DNA of 64,000 nucleotides from an uncultured Solirubrobacteraceae bacterium (GTDB taxonomy: Bacteria > Actinomycetota > Thermoleophilia > Solirubrobacterales > Solirubrobacteraceae), in the NCBI GenBank assembly GCA_963835735.1, contig CAWIGP010000003.1:129737-193736 (forward strand). The letters run 5' to 3'. A program made the position numbers and the translations under genes. The notes beneath the pieces are model-generated. The model made no database searches. It was given only the letters and a program-made list of their open reading frames with translations, and was not told where the DNA came from. Of this stretch, positions 54,252 to 63,039 are shown one piece after another (position 1 is the first letter of the stretch; each line of letters starts with the position of its first letter).

Positions 54252-54752
54252 TCACGCGAGCGGCCCTCGGGGAGTGGAGCTAGTCGGGCTCGAACCGACG
54301 ACCTTCGCGCTGCCAGCGCGACGCTCTCCCAGCTGAGCTATAGCCCCGAGCCGGTACTGCGCCGCCCAGTGTACTAAGAGCTCCTGGTTGTTTCGCGCGG
54401 GTGCGAGGCGCAGATGCATGCAGGAGCGGCCGTCGATTTCGGCGATCGGGATGAAGTAGCAATCCGCCGTCTCGGGGCACCACGCCGCGATCCCGTCCAC
54501 CTCCGTGGCCGAGTACGTGGTCCAGACGTACCCGCGCGGCGTGTGCCGGCACGTGCGCCCGCGCACGACCACCACGTCGCCTTCCCGATTCGCCCATTTG
54601 CACTGCGTCCGCAATAGCTCGTCGCGCGCCTCGAGGATCAGGTCGTACCGGCAGCCCTCCACGACCGGTCGCCACACGTTCATCCCGAGCTCGACGGCGG
54701 CCGCGGTGATCTGGGCCTCCGCGATCGCGCCCTTCTGGTTCGTCGACATCAT
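54252..54752 (-). CDS. PD-(D/E)XK endonuclease-like protein (PDDEXK_5, 'group I intron-associated' type); the ORF runs through the tRNA-Ala gene
   Basis: ORF 54252..54815, start ATG 54752 (MMSTNQKGAIAEAQITAAAVELG..CRYDLILE..RTQCKWA). The last ~33 codons (GAIAQLGERRAGSAKVVGSSPTSS..) are the in-frame translation of the tRNA, so the true C-terminus is uncertain. Confidence 0.6.
   Translation of the reverse strand: MMSTNQKGAIAEAQITAAAVELGMNVWRPVVEGCRYDLILEARDELLRTQCKWANREGDVVVVRGRTCRHTPRGYVWTTYSATEVDGIAAWCPETADCYFIPIAEIDGRSCMHLRLAPARNNQELLVHWAAQYRLGAIAQLGERRAGSAKVVGSSPTSSTPRGPLA
54275..54347 (-). tRNA. tRNA-Ala (anticodon GGC)
   Basis: The reverse complement GGGGCTATAGCTCAGCTGGGAGAGCGTCGCGCTGGCAGCGCGAAGGTCGTCGGTTCGAGCCCGACTAGCTCCA folds as a cloverleaf. 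It has the G3:U70 Ala identity pair, anticodon loop CU-GGC-AG and a TPsiC loop GGTTCGAGCC. CCA is not encoded. Confidence 0.9.
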
Positions 54753-54823
54753 GACACGAACACTAGTTCGTGTTGCGGACGGAAAATGCGCTCTGCTGCA
54801 AGCCGCTAATCTCACCGCTCGCC

Positions 54824-57277
54824 ATGTCCGAGCACCGCTACGACCCGCGCACCATCGAGCCCCACTGGCAGGCGATCTGGGAGCGCGAGAAGACGTGGGA
54901 GGTGACGAACGAAGAGGTCGGCGGCGCCGAGAAGTACTACGTGCTCGAGATGCTCCCGTACCCCTCCGGCGAGCCGCACATGGGGCATCTGAAGAACTAC
55001 TCCGTCGGCGATGCGGTCGCCCACTTCCAGCGCCGCAACGGCCGCCGCGTGCTGCACCCGATGGGCTACGACGCGTTCGGGCTCCCCGCCGAGAACCACG
55101 CGATCAAGACCGGCGAGCACCCGCGCATCTCGACCGCGAAGTCGATCGAGGCGTTCCAGCGCGAGATGCGGGCGTGGGGCATCTCGATCGACTGGTCGCG
55201 CGAGTTCGCGACCAACGAGCCGCGCTACTACCGCTGGACTCAGTGGCTGTTCCTGCGGCTGCTCGAGCGCGGCCTGGCCTACCGCAAGGAGGCCGCGGTC
55301 AACTGGTGCCCGTACGACCAGACAGTGCTGGCCAACGAGCAGGTGATCGACGGGCGCTGCGAGCGCTGCGGCCACCCGGTCGAGGTGCGCCAGCTCGAGC
55401 AGTGGTTCTTCCGCATCACCGACTACGCCGACCGGCTGCTCGACGACCTCGCGACGATCGAGTGGCCCGAGCACGTCGTCACGATGCAGCGCAACTGGAT
55501 CGGCCGCTCGGAGGGCGCCGAGGTGACGTTCACGTGCGAGGACCCGGCGATCGACTACCCGGTCTTCACCACGCGCCCGGACACGCTGTTCGGCGCGACC
55601 TTCTTCGTGATGGCGCCCGAGCATCCGGACGTCCTGCACCTGGCGGACGGCACCGAGCACGAGGCCGCGGTGCACGAGTACGTCAACAAGGCGCTGACAG
55701 AGAACCGCGAGGACCGGGGCTCCGCCGAGCGCGAGAAGACCGGCGTCCCGCTGGGCCGCAGCGTCATCAACCCGGTCAACGGCGAGCGCATCCCGATGTG
55801 GGTCGCGGACTACGTGCTGATGGAGTACGGCACCGGCGCGATCATGGCGGTCCCGGCCCACGACGAACGCGACTTCGACTTCGCGACCAAGTTCGGCCTG
55901 GAGATCCGCCGCGTCATCGGCGGCGACGAGGAACTGCCGTACTCCGGCGACGGGCCGATCGTCAACTCCGACCCGCGCTTCGACGGCATGGACAACCGCA
56001 AGGCGCTCGGCGCGATCGTCGACTGGCTGGACAGCGAGGGCCGCGGCCACCGCTCGGTCAACTACCGCCTGCGCGACTGGCTGCTCTCCCGCCAGCGCTA
56101 CTGGGGCTGCCCGATCCCCGTCGTGCACTGTGACGGCTGCGGGATCGTGCCCGTGCCGGACGACCAGCTCCCGGTGCTCCTGCCGGACATCACCGACTAC
56201 AAGCCGAAGGGCCGCTCCCCGCTCGCGGCGGCGGAGGACTGGGTCAACACCACGTGCCCGGCGCTGCGCCGGCCCGCGCGGCGCGAGACCGACACGATGG
56301 ACACGTTCGTCGACTCGTCCTGGTACTACCTGCGCTACTGCGACGCCAACAACGACGAGGCCGCCTGGGACCCCGACGTGCTCGCCTACTGGACGCCGGT
56401 CGACCAGTACATCGGCGGCGTCGAGCACGCGATCCTGCACCTGATGTACGCGCGCTTCTTCGTGAAGGCGTTCGCGGACATGGGCCTGCTCAGCACGCAG
56501 GAGCCGTTCAGGCGGCTGTTCACGCAGGGCATGATCACCCGCGACGGGGCGAAGATGTCCAAGTCGAAGGGCAACGTGATCAGCCCGACGTCGTACATCA
56601 CCCGCTACGGCGCCGACACCGCACGCTGCTACACGCTGTTCATCGGCCCGCCGGATCAGGACGCCGACTGGTCCGATTCCGGCGTAGAGGGCGTGCATCG
56701 CTTCCTCAGCCGGCTCTGGCGGCTGGGCGCGGATCTGGCCGATCGGGGCGCTCCGGCGCCGGTCGACGTCGCCGCCAACGGCGCGGCGGGCGACGACCTG
56801 GAGCTGCTCCGCAAGGCGCACTGGGCGATCGACAAGGTCACGGGCGACATGAGCGGCCGGTTCGGGTTCAACACCGCGATCGCGGCGGTGATGGAGCTGG
56901 TCAACGAGTGCTACGCGCGGCGCGATGGCGCCGGCGAGGACAGCCTGCGCTTCGCGACGGCGACGGCCGCGTCGCTGATCTTCCCGTTCGCTCCCCACTG
57001 CGGCGCGGACGTATACGAGCGCCTGACCGGACTGCGCGTGTGGGAGCAGCCGTGGCCGTCCGCCGATCCGCGGCTGCTCGCGCGCGACGAGGTCGAGATC
57101 GCGCTGCAGATCAACGGCAAGTTGCGCGATCGGATGCCGGCGCCGGCGGGCGCGGATCGCGACCAGCTCGAGACGATGGCGCGCGAGCGCCCGCGGGTGC
57201 AGGCGCACATCGACGGCAAGGACGTGGTCCGCGTGATCGTCGTGCCGTCCAAGCTGGTCAACTTCGTCGTCCGCTGA
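54824..57277 (+). CDS. leuS: leucine--tRNA ligase
   Basis: Inside ORF 54770..57277, ATG 54824. PYPSGEPHMGH (HIGH) and KMSKSKGN (KMSKS). Confidence 0.95.
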   Translation: MSEHRYDPRTIEPHWQAIWEREKTWEVTNEEVGGAEKYYVLEMLPYPSGEPHMGHLKNYSVGDAVAHFQRRNGRRVLHPMGYDAFGLPAENHAIKTGEHPRISTAKSIEAFQREMRAWGISIDWSREFATNEPRYYRWTQWLFLRLLERGLAYRKEAAVNWCPYDQTVLANEQVIDGRCERCGHPVEVRQLEQWFFRITDYADRLLDDLATIEWPEHVVTMQRNWIGRSEGAEVTFTCEDPAIDYPVFTTRPDTLFGATFFVMAPEHPDVLHLADGTEHEAAVHEYVNKALTENREDRGSAEREKTGVPLGRSVINPVNGERIPMWVADYVLMEYGTGAIMAVPAHDERDFDFATKFGLEIRRVIGGDEELPYSGDGPIVNSDPRFDGMDNRKALGAIVDWLDSEGRGHRSVNYRLRDWLLSRQRYWGCPIPVVHCDGCGIVPVPDDQLPVLLPDITDYKPKGRSPLAAAEDWVNTTCPALRRPARRETDTMDTFVDSSWYYLRYCDANNDEAAWDPDVLAYWTPVDQYIGGVEHAILHLMYARFFVKAFADMGLLSTQEPFRRLFTQGMITRDGAKMSKSKGNVISPTSYITRYGADTARCYTLFIGPPDQDADWSDSGVEGVHRFLSRLWRLGADLADRGAPAPVDVAANGAAGDDLELLRKAHWAIDKVTGDMSGRFGFNTAIAAVMELVNECYARRDGAGEDSLRFATATAASLIFPFAPHCGADVYERLTGLRVWEQPWPSADPRLLARDEVEIALQINGKLRDRMPAPAGADRDQLETMARERPRVQAHIDGKDVVRVIVVPSKLVNFVVR

Positions 57278-57369
57278 GTGGCTCTTCTCGCGACACTCCA
57301 TCCGAGACCGGCGGCCGCTGATCGCCGCGCGCGGCGGGTCTCTCGGGTGCATCGTCACGAGAACGGTTG

Positions 57370-57882
57370 ATGCCGCGCCCGGTCCCGTACGTCGCGGTGA
57401 TCGGGCCCGGCCGCGACGTGGAAGCAGCCGAGCTGGCGGCGGCGGAGGAGGCGGGCGCCGCGATCGCCGACGCCGGCGCGACGCTCGTCTGCGGCGGTCT
57501 CGGCGGGGTGATGGAAGCCGCGTGCCGCGGCGCGCGGTCGCGCGGCGGGCTCACCGTCGGCCTGCTTCCGGGGACCGATCGCGAGGACGCGAACGGCTGG
57601 GTCGTGCTCGCGCTGCCGACCGGGCTCGGCGAGGGGCGCAACGCGTTGATCGTGCGCGCCGCGGATGCCGTGGTGGCGATCGGCGGCGGCTGGGGGACGC
57701 TGAGCGAGATCGCGCTCGCGCTGCGGGCGGGGGTCCCTGTGCTCGGCGTCGGCACCTGGGAGCTCGCGCGCGGCGGTGAGCCGGTCACGGGCGTGCGCGC
57801 GGTCGACGATGCGTCGACGGCGGTGACGGAGGCGCTGCGGTTGGCACGAAGTCGCCGCGGAGTCGGCACGGACCCCGGCTGA
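57370..57882 (+). CDS. TIGR00725/LOG-like Rossmann-fold protein
   Basis: ORF 57367..57882. GGLGGVMEAACRGA and the IGGGWGTLSE (PGGxGTxxE-type) motif. Confidence 0.7.
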   Translation: MPRPVPYVAVIGPGRDVEAAELAAAEEAGAAIADAGATLVCGGLGGVMEAACRGARSRGGLTVGLLPGTDREDANGWVVLALPTGLGEGRNALIVRAADAVVAIGGGWGTLSEIALALRAGVPVLGVGTWELARGGEPVTGVRAVDDASTAVTEALRLARSRRGVGTDPG

Positions 57883-57913
57883 TCCGTCACATCCGCGCGC
57901 CTAGCGTGCGGGC

Positions 57914-58510
57914 ATGGCCGACCTCACCCGCCCGCAGCTCGCGCTCTGCGTGGTGGGCGTACTCGTGGTCGCGGTCCTCGGGCTGCGCCAGCTCGGCGGC
58001 CGTTCCTCCGCCGGCGCCGGCGCCGGCGCGCCGCGCCCGGTCGCCACGATCGACGTGCAGGAGGACGGTGCGGGCGGCGGCGGCCGGCTCACGGTGCACG
58101 TGGCGGGCGCCGTGCGGGATCCAGGCGTGTACAGGCTGCCGGCGGACGCGCGCGTGGACGACGCTGTCCGGCGCGCCGGCGGCGCCAGCGCACGCGCCGA
58201 CCTCGGGGGCCTCAACCTCGCCGCGGAGTTGGAGGACGGCCGGCAGGTGCTGGTGCCCGAGCGGCCTCGGGGCGGGACCGGTGCGGCGCCCGCCGCGCCG
58301 GTGGAGCCCGCCGAGGGCCAGCCGCTGAACCTCAACACGGCGACGCTCGAGCAGCTCGACACGCTGAGCGGAATCGGGCCGACCACCGCGCAGAAGATCC
58401 TCGACTTCCGCGAGGACAAGGGCGGCTTCGGCTCGGTCGAGGAGCTCGGTGAGATACCGGGCATCGGCGACAAGCGGCTGGCGTCCCTGCGGGAGGAGGT
58501 GACGCTGTGA
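57914..58510 (+). CDS. comEA: ComEA family DNA-binding protein
   Basis: 198-aa ORF with an N-terminal TM segment, a SLBB-like segment and C-terminal tandem helix-hairpin-helix (LNLNTATLEQLDTLSGIGPTTAQKI...LGEIPGIGDKRL). Confidence 0.85.
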   Translation: MADLTRPQLALCVVGVLVVAVLGLRQLGGRSSAGAGAGAPRPVATIDVQEDGAGGGGRLTVHVAGAVRDPGVYRLPADARVDDAVRRAGGASARADLGGLNLAAELEDGRQVLVPERPRGGTGAAPAAPVEPAEGQPLNLNTATLEQLDTLSGIGPTTAQKILDFREDKGGFGSVEELGEIPGIGDKRLASLREEVTL

Positions 58511-61290
58511 CCGCGGCGGTCGACGTCGCCCGCCGCCATCCGCGTCACCTGATCCTGTTCGCAGCGACGGCCGGGCTACTGCTCGGCCCGGTCGCGCCGG
58601 CCGCCGCGCTGCTCGCGGTCGCGGCCGCGGCATGGCTGGCGGGCCGCCTCCCGCTCGCGCTGCTCGCCGGCGCCGCCGTGCTCGTTGGCGCGACGCTCGC
58701 GCAGGCGCGCGTGGACGCGCTGTCCGCGGGCGAGCTGCCGGCCACGATCGGCCGGGGCATCGAGACGCGCGCGATCCTGCTCGAGCCGATCCGCGTGCGC
58801 CGCAACGGCAGCGCGGTCGCTCGCGTGCGGCTGGTCGGGCGCGCCACGCTCGGCGGCGCGGCGAGCGCCGGCGGTCCGCTCGCGGCCTCCACGGCCGGCT
58901 CGTCCACGCCGTCGCCGCGCGGACCATCCGATGCCTCCGGGGCCGGCTCGTCCACGCCCTCGCCGGGCGGACCATCCGATGCCTCCGGGGCCGGCTCGCC
59001 AGCGCCGCCCGCGGCCGCCGTGGTTCGGACCGACGACCTCGCCGGCGAGGTCGCCGTGGCCCGGGCGACGGACGGGCGACTCCCGCCCGGCGTCCGCGTC
59101 GGCAGCGAACTGCGGATGCGCGGAAGCGTCGCGCCGCTCGGCGAGTTTGACGAGTACCAGCGCCGGCGGGGCGCGGGCGTCGCCGTCGAGGTGGCGTCAT
59201 GGGAGCCGACAGGCGGCGCGCGCGGCGGCCTGCCGGGCCTGCTCGACGGAGCACGCGAGCGGGCCGCACGCGGGCTCGGGACGAGGCTGGCCGAGCCCGA
59301 GGCGGCGCTGCTGCGCGGGATGGTGCTGGGCCAGGACGAGGCGATCGGGCGCGAGGTCCGCGAGGACTTCGAGCGCTCCGGCCTCGCGCATCTCCTCGCG
59401 GTATCCGGTCAGAACGTGCTGCTGCTCTGCATGTTGGTGCTCGCGGCGTGCGCGGTGCTCGATGTTCCGCTGCGTTCGCGCCTGATCGCGGCCGCGGTGC
59501 TCGTCGCTCTCTACGTGCCGCTCGCCGGCGGTGGCCCTTCGATCCAGCGGGCCGGCGTGATGGGGATCGCCGGGCTCGTCGCGGCTCTCGCCGGGCGGCC
59601 GGCATCTCGCTGGTACGCGCTCGCGCTCGCCGCCGCGGTCACCCTCGCGCTCAACCCGCTCGCAGCCGGCGAGCCCGGCTGGCAGCTGTCGTTCGCGGCG
59701 GTGGTGGGCCTGCTCGCGCTCGCTCCGCGGCTGCGCGAGGCGCTGACGCGCCGGCGGGTGCCCGTGCCGGTCGCCGACGTCGCCGCGATCACCGTGGCCG
59801 CGACGCTCGCCACGGCGCCGCTGATGGCGCTGCACTTCGAGCAGGTCTCGCTCGCCTCGCTGCCCGCCAACCTCCTCGCCGCGCCCGTGGTAGCGCCCGT
59901 GATGTGGCTGGGCATGCTCGGGATCGCGCTCGCGCAGGTGGCGCCGCCGCTCGCCGCGCCGCTCAACGTGATCTGCGCGCCGCTGCTCGGCTACCTGGAG
60001 TGGGTCGCGCACGGCGCTGCCGGCGCTCCGCTGGCCGCGGTGCCGGTCCGGCTCGGCGGCCCGACCGGGCTCGCGCTCGCTTACGGACTGCCGATCGCCG
60101 CGGCCGTCGCTTTCCTCCGGCTCCGCCGGGCATGGCCGCGCATCGCCACTCGCCGCCGGCGAGGACCGCGCGTGGCCGTCTGGCTGCCGCCCGTCGCGGC
60201 AGATCGCCGCGGCGCATCGGCGCAGCGAGCTGGCGGCGAGCCGCAATCCGCGGCGGGCGAGGCGCACGCCACCGAGGCCGGGCGGCAGCCCGGGGCGGCC
60301 GTGTCGCCGGCGGGCGAGGTGCACGCCATCGAGGGCGCGGCACCGGCAGGGGCCGGCGAGCCAAAGGTCGGAGCGGACGAGCTGCCGGCCGCGGCGGACG
60401 AGCCACACAATGGGGCGGAGCAGGTCACGGGTCGGGCCGCCCGCGCGCGATTGCACCTGGCGCTCTTGCTCGGCGTCGCCACGGTCGCGGCGGCCGTCGT
60501 CGCGGTGCAGGCGGTGCGGACGCGGCCGGCGCCGCTCGCGCCAGGGGAGCTCGTCGTCTCGTTCCTCGACGTCGGACAGGGCGACGCGGTGTTGCTGCAG
60601 CGCGACGGGACGTCGATCCTCGTGGACACCGGGCCGCCCGGCGGGCCGATCCTGCAACGGCTCTCAGAGGCGGGCGTTGACCGGCTCGACCTGCTCGTGC
60701 TGACCCACGCCGAGGCGGATCACGAGGGCATGGCGCTCGCGGTGATCGCCGCGCACCGCCCGCGCATGGTGCTCGACGGCGGTGCCGGCTGGCCGACCGC
60801 CGTGCAGCGCGGGCTGCCCGAGGCGATCGCGCGCGGCGGCGGTCGGGCGGTGGCGGGGCGCGCCGGGCAGGTGCTGCGGCTCGGCTCCGTCAAGCTGCGC
60901 GTGTTGTGGCCGCCTGCGCCGAGCCCCGGCTGGCGCCCGGACGGCAACCCGAACGATCGCGCTCTGGTCGCGCACGTCCAGGACGGCACCTTCGACCTGC
61001 TGCTGCCGGCCGACGCCGAGAGCAACGTGACCGCCGGCCTGGACCTGCCCGACGTGGAGGCGCTCAAGGTCGCCCACCACGGGAGCGTCGACGAGGGCCT
61101 GCCCGCGATGCTGGAGCGTACGTCTCCCCGCGTCGCCGCGATCGAGGTCGGCCGCAACAGCTACGGCCATCCAGCGCCCTCGACACTCGACGCGCTCCGA
61201 GTCGTACCGGAGCTTGTGCGCACCGATCGCGACGGCACCGTCCGGCTGCACGTAGCCGATGGTCGGATGCGGCTCGAGGGCGGGGCGTGA
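58507..61290 (+). CDS. comEC: DNA internalization-related competence protein ComEC/Rec2 with a C-terminal metallo-beta-lactamase domain
   Basis: 927-aa ORF with a polytopic competence domain (GLAHLLAVSGQNV) and an MBL motif (VLTHAEADHEG). Confidence 0.85.
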   Translation: MTAAVDVARRHPRHLILFAATAGLLLGPVAPAAALLAVAAAAWLAGRLPLALLAGAAVLVGATLAQARVDALSAGELPATIGRGIETRAILLEPIRVRRNGSAVARVRLVGRATLGGAASAGGPLAASTAGSSTPSPRGPSDASGAGSSTPSPGGPSDASGAGSPAPPAAAVVRTDDLAGEVAVARATDGRLPPGVRVGSELRMRGSVAPLGEFDEYQRRRGAGVAVEVASWEPTGGARGGLPGLLDGARERAARGLGTRLAEPEAALLRGMVLGQDEAIGREVREDFERSGLAHLLAVSGQNVLLLCMLVLAACAVLDVPLRSRLIAAAVLVALYVPLAGGGPSIQRAGVMGIAGLVAALAGRPASRWYALALAAAVTLALNPLAAGEPGWQLSFAAVVGLLALAPRLREALTRRRVPVPVADVAAITVAATLATAPLMALHFEQVSLASLPANLLAAPVVAPVMWLGMLGIALAQVAPPLAAPLNVICAPLLGYLEWVAHGAAGAPLAAVPVRLGGPTGLALAYGLPIAAAVAFLRLRRAWPRIATRRRRGPRVAVWLPPVAADRRGASAQRAGGEPQSAAGEAHATEAGRQPGAAVSPAGEVHAIEGAAPAGAGEPKVGADELPAAADEPHNGAEQVTGRAARARLHLALLLGVATVAAAVVAVQAVRTRPAPLAPGELVVSFLDVGQGDAVLLQRDGTSILVDTGPPGGPILQRLSEAGVDRLDLLVLTHAEADHEGMALAVIAAHRPRMVLDGGAGWPTAVQRGLPEAIARGGGRAVAGRAGQVLRLGSVKLRVLWPPAPSPGWRPDGNPNDRALVAHVQDGTFDLLLPADAESNVTAGLDLPDVEALKVAHHGSVDEGLPAMLERTSPRVAAIEVGRNSYGHPAPSTLDALRVVPELVRTDRDGTVRLHVADGRMRLEGGA

Positions 61291-61390
61291 CGTCGCGGCG
61301 CCGGCGAACTGCGGCGTCGACGGGACGGCCCGGATCGCGGACGCGTCTCCGCGGGAACGCGTCCGCGCTCGACGCGGGGCGCTTTAGGGT

Positions 61391-62557
61391 GGGCGGACTC
61401 CGAGATGTGCCGACGGTTGCGGCTCATCTGGGCTCCATCTTGTGGGCACGGTAGACGATGTCTGCGGGGATCCGGCCGCGGGTGAGTCGGCCGTGGTGGA
61501 CGCGGTCGTGGTTGTAGAAGTGCAGGTAGCTGTCGAGCTCGCGGCGCAGGCCTTTCAGGCTCGGGTAGAGGTAGCGGGCAAAAGCGGGGCGCCAGCATTC
61601 GTCGAGGATCGTTTTGTGGAGCGCTTCGACGTGCCCGTTGGTCTGCGGTCGTCCGGCGTGGATGCGGGTGTGGCGGGCCTTCAGGCGTTTGGTCGTGGTG
61701 TCGAAGTCGCCGCGGAACTCGTTGGCGTTGTCGGTGAGCACGCGCTCGAGCCTCCAGCCGGCGGCCTTGAGTTCTGCCGCGACGCGCCGGGCGAGCCGTG
61801 AGGTCTGTCGCGTGGTCGGGTTGCGCTGCTTGCAGATCACCAGCTCGGCCCAGGCGTAGGAGGAGTAGATGTCGATCGCGGTCAGCTGCCAGATCGCGCC
61901 CTCGGTGCCGCGCAGGCGCCCGACGTAAAAGCAGTCGATCCCGACCAGCTCGCCCGGATGCTCGACGTCGAGGTGCTGCTCGGGAGCGGGATCGCGTGGC
62001 GGCTGATACGGGGCGGCGTAGCCGGCGATCAGCCCCAGCCGCTTGGCGCGCGTGTTCAGGCCGTGACGGCAGAGCACCTTCCAGACGCCGTTCGGGGAGA
62101 CCACGATGCCACCCCACTTCGGCCGCGCCAGCTCGGAGGCCACGCGCTTGGGTCCCAGGCCGGGATGCGCGAGCGAGAAGCTCACGATCCGCTGCTCGAC
62201 CATCTTGGGCAACGCGTTGGGCATCCGCGGCCGGCGGCGCTCACGCGGCCTGAGCATCTCCAGCCCGTGACGGTCGACCTGGCGCTTCCACGCGTAATAG
62301 GTCGAGCGATGCACCCCGAAGGTGCGGCACGCGTGCGTCACGGTCGTACGCGCGGCCAGATCAAACAGCTGCAGGCGATAGCCGAACAGCACGTCATCCT
62401 GCGTCATGCGGCTCTGCTCCATTCACTTGGCGGTGAAGGAGCCAGCCTGAGCCGCACAGCGGACGACCCCGGGCACTCTCGGGGTCGTCCCGTCTCTAGA
62501 CGATCACACTCACAAACACAAAACGAGAAAGTGTCGGGAGAACTCGGAGACCGACCA
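61391..62557 (-). mobile_element. IS481-family insertion sequence (1167 bp) flanked by a 9-bp direct repeat CTTTAGGGT
   Basis: Imperfect terminal inverted repeats: GGGCGGACTCCGAGATGTGCCGAC (61391-61414) versus the reverse complement of 62533-62557, TGGTCGGTCTCCGAGTTCTCCCGAC. Identical CTTTAGGGT lies at 61382-61390 and 62558-62566. A single transposase ORF is inside. Confidence 0.85.
61424..62422 (-). CDS. IS481 family transposase (DDE / rve integrase core)
   Basis: 332-aa ORF with an N-terminal HTH (ACRTFGVHRSTYYAWKR) and an rve core (VGIDCFYV..., LTDNANEF, RPQTNGHVEALHKT). Confidence 0.9.
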   Translation of the reverse strand: MEQSRMTQDDVLFGYRLQLFDLAARTTVTHACRTFGVHRSTYYAWKRQVDRHGLEMLRPRERRRPRMPNALPKMVEQRIVSFSLAHPGLGPKRVASELARPKWGGIVVSPNGVWKVLCRHGLNTRAKRLGLIAGYAAPYQPPRDPAPEQHLDVEHPGELVGIDCFYVGRLRGTEGAIWQLTAIDIYSSYAWAELVICKQRNPTTRQTSRLARRVAAELKAAGWRLERVLTDNANEFRGDFDTTTKRLKARHTRIHAGRPQTNGHVEALHKTILDECWRPAFARYLYPSLKGLRRELDSYLHFYNHDRVHHGRLTRGRIPADIVYRAHKMEPR

Positions 62558-63025
62558 CTTTAGGGTCGGACAGCGACCCCAAGGCGCCCCACGTCGATGC
62601 AGGGCGCCTAACCACCAATGCGGTGGTCAAGGCGCCCCGCGTGCGCCGCCCCGGCCGAGCCCGCGTCCTCAATGCCCGCAGTTCAGGCCGCCACGGCGAC
62701 ACGAGCCGACGCGAACCGCGCATGCTCAATGCCGCCGCCGTGGCGACCTGAAACTGCGGGCTTTGAGGAGGGGCCCGGATCGCGGGTGCGTCTCCGCGGA
62801 GACGCACCTGCGATCCGGCGCGGTGTGACTTCAGGCCGGACAGCGCTCCGAGTCGATGCGGGGCAGCTTTGACTCGAGTCAAAGGCGCCCCGGATAGCGG
62901 CCCCGCCACCGGGGGCGCGCTGACCACCCAAATGCGGTGGTCAAAGCGCCCCGCGTCAGCGCCGCCGCATTCGCCCCCTCTCTTCAATGCCGCTGTACCC
63001 CAGCGATCGTGGCCGCCGCCGCATC
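62558..63025. repeat. hairpin-rich non-coding spacer (REP/BIME-like) with internally duplicated modules
   Basis: At least six stem-loops. Examples: GGATCGCGGGTGCGTCTCCGCGGAGACGCACCTGCGATCC (62778-62817), CTTTGACTCGAGTCAAAG (62870-62887), GACCACC-N-GGTGGTC twice (about 62611-62632 and 62922-62944), and a ~105-nt long hairpin (62659-62767). Confidence 0.75.
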
Positions 63026-63039
63026 TAGACTCACCCACC

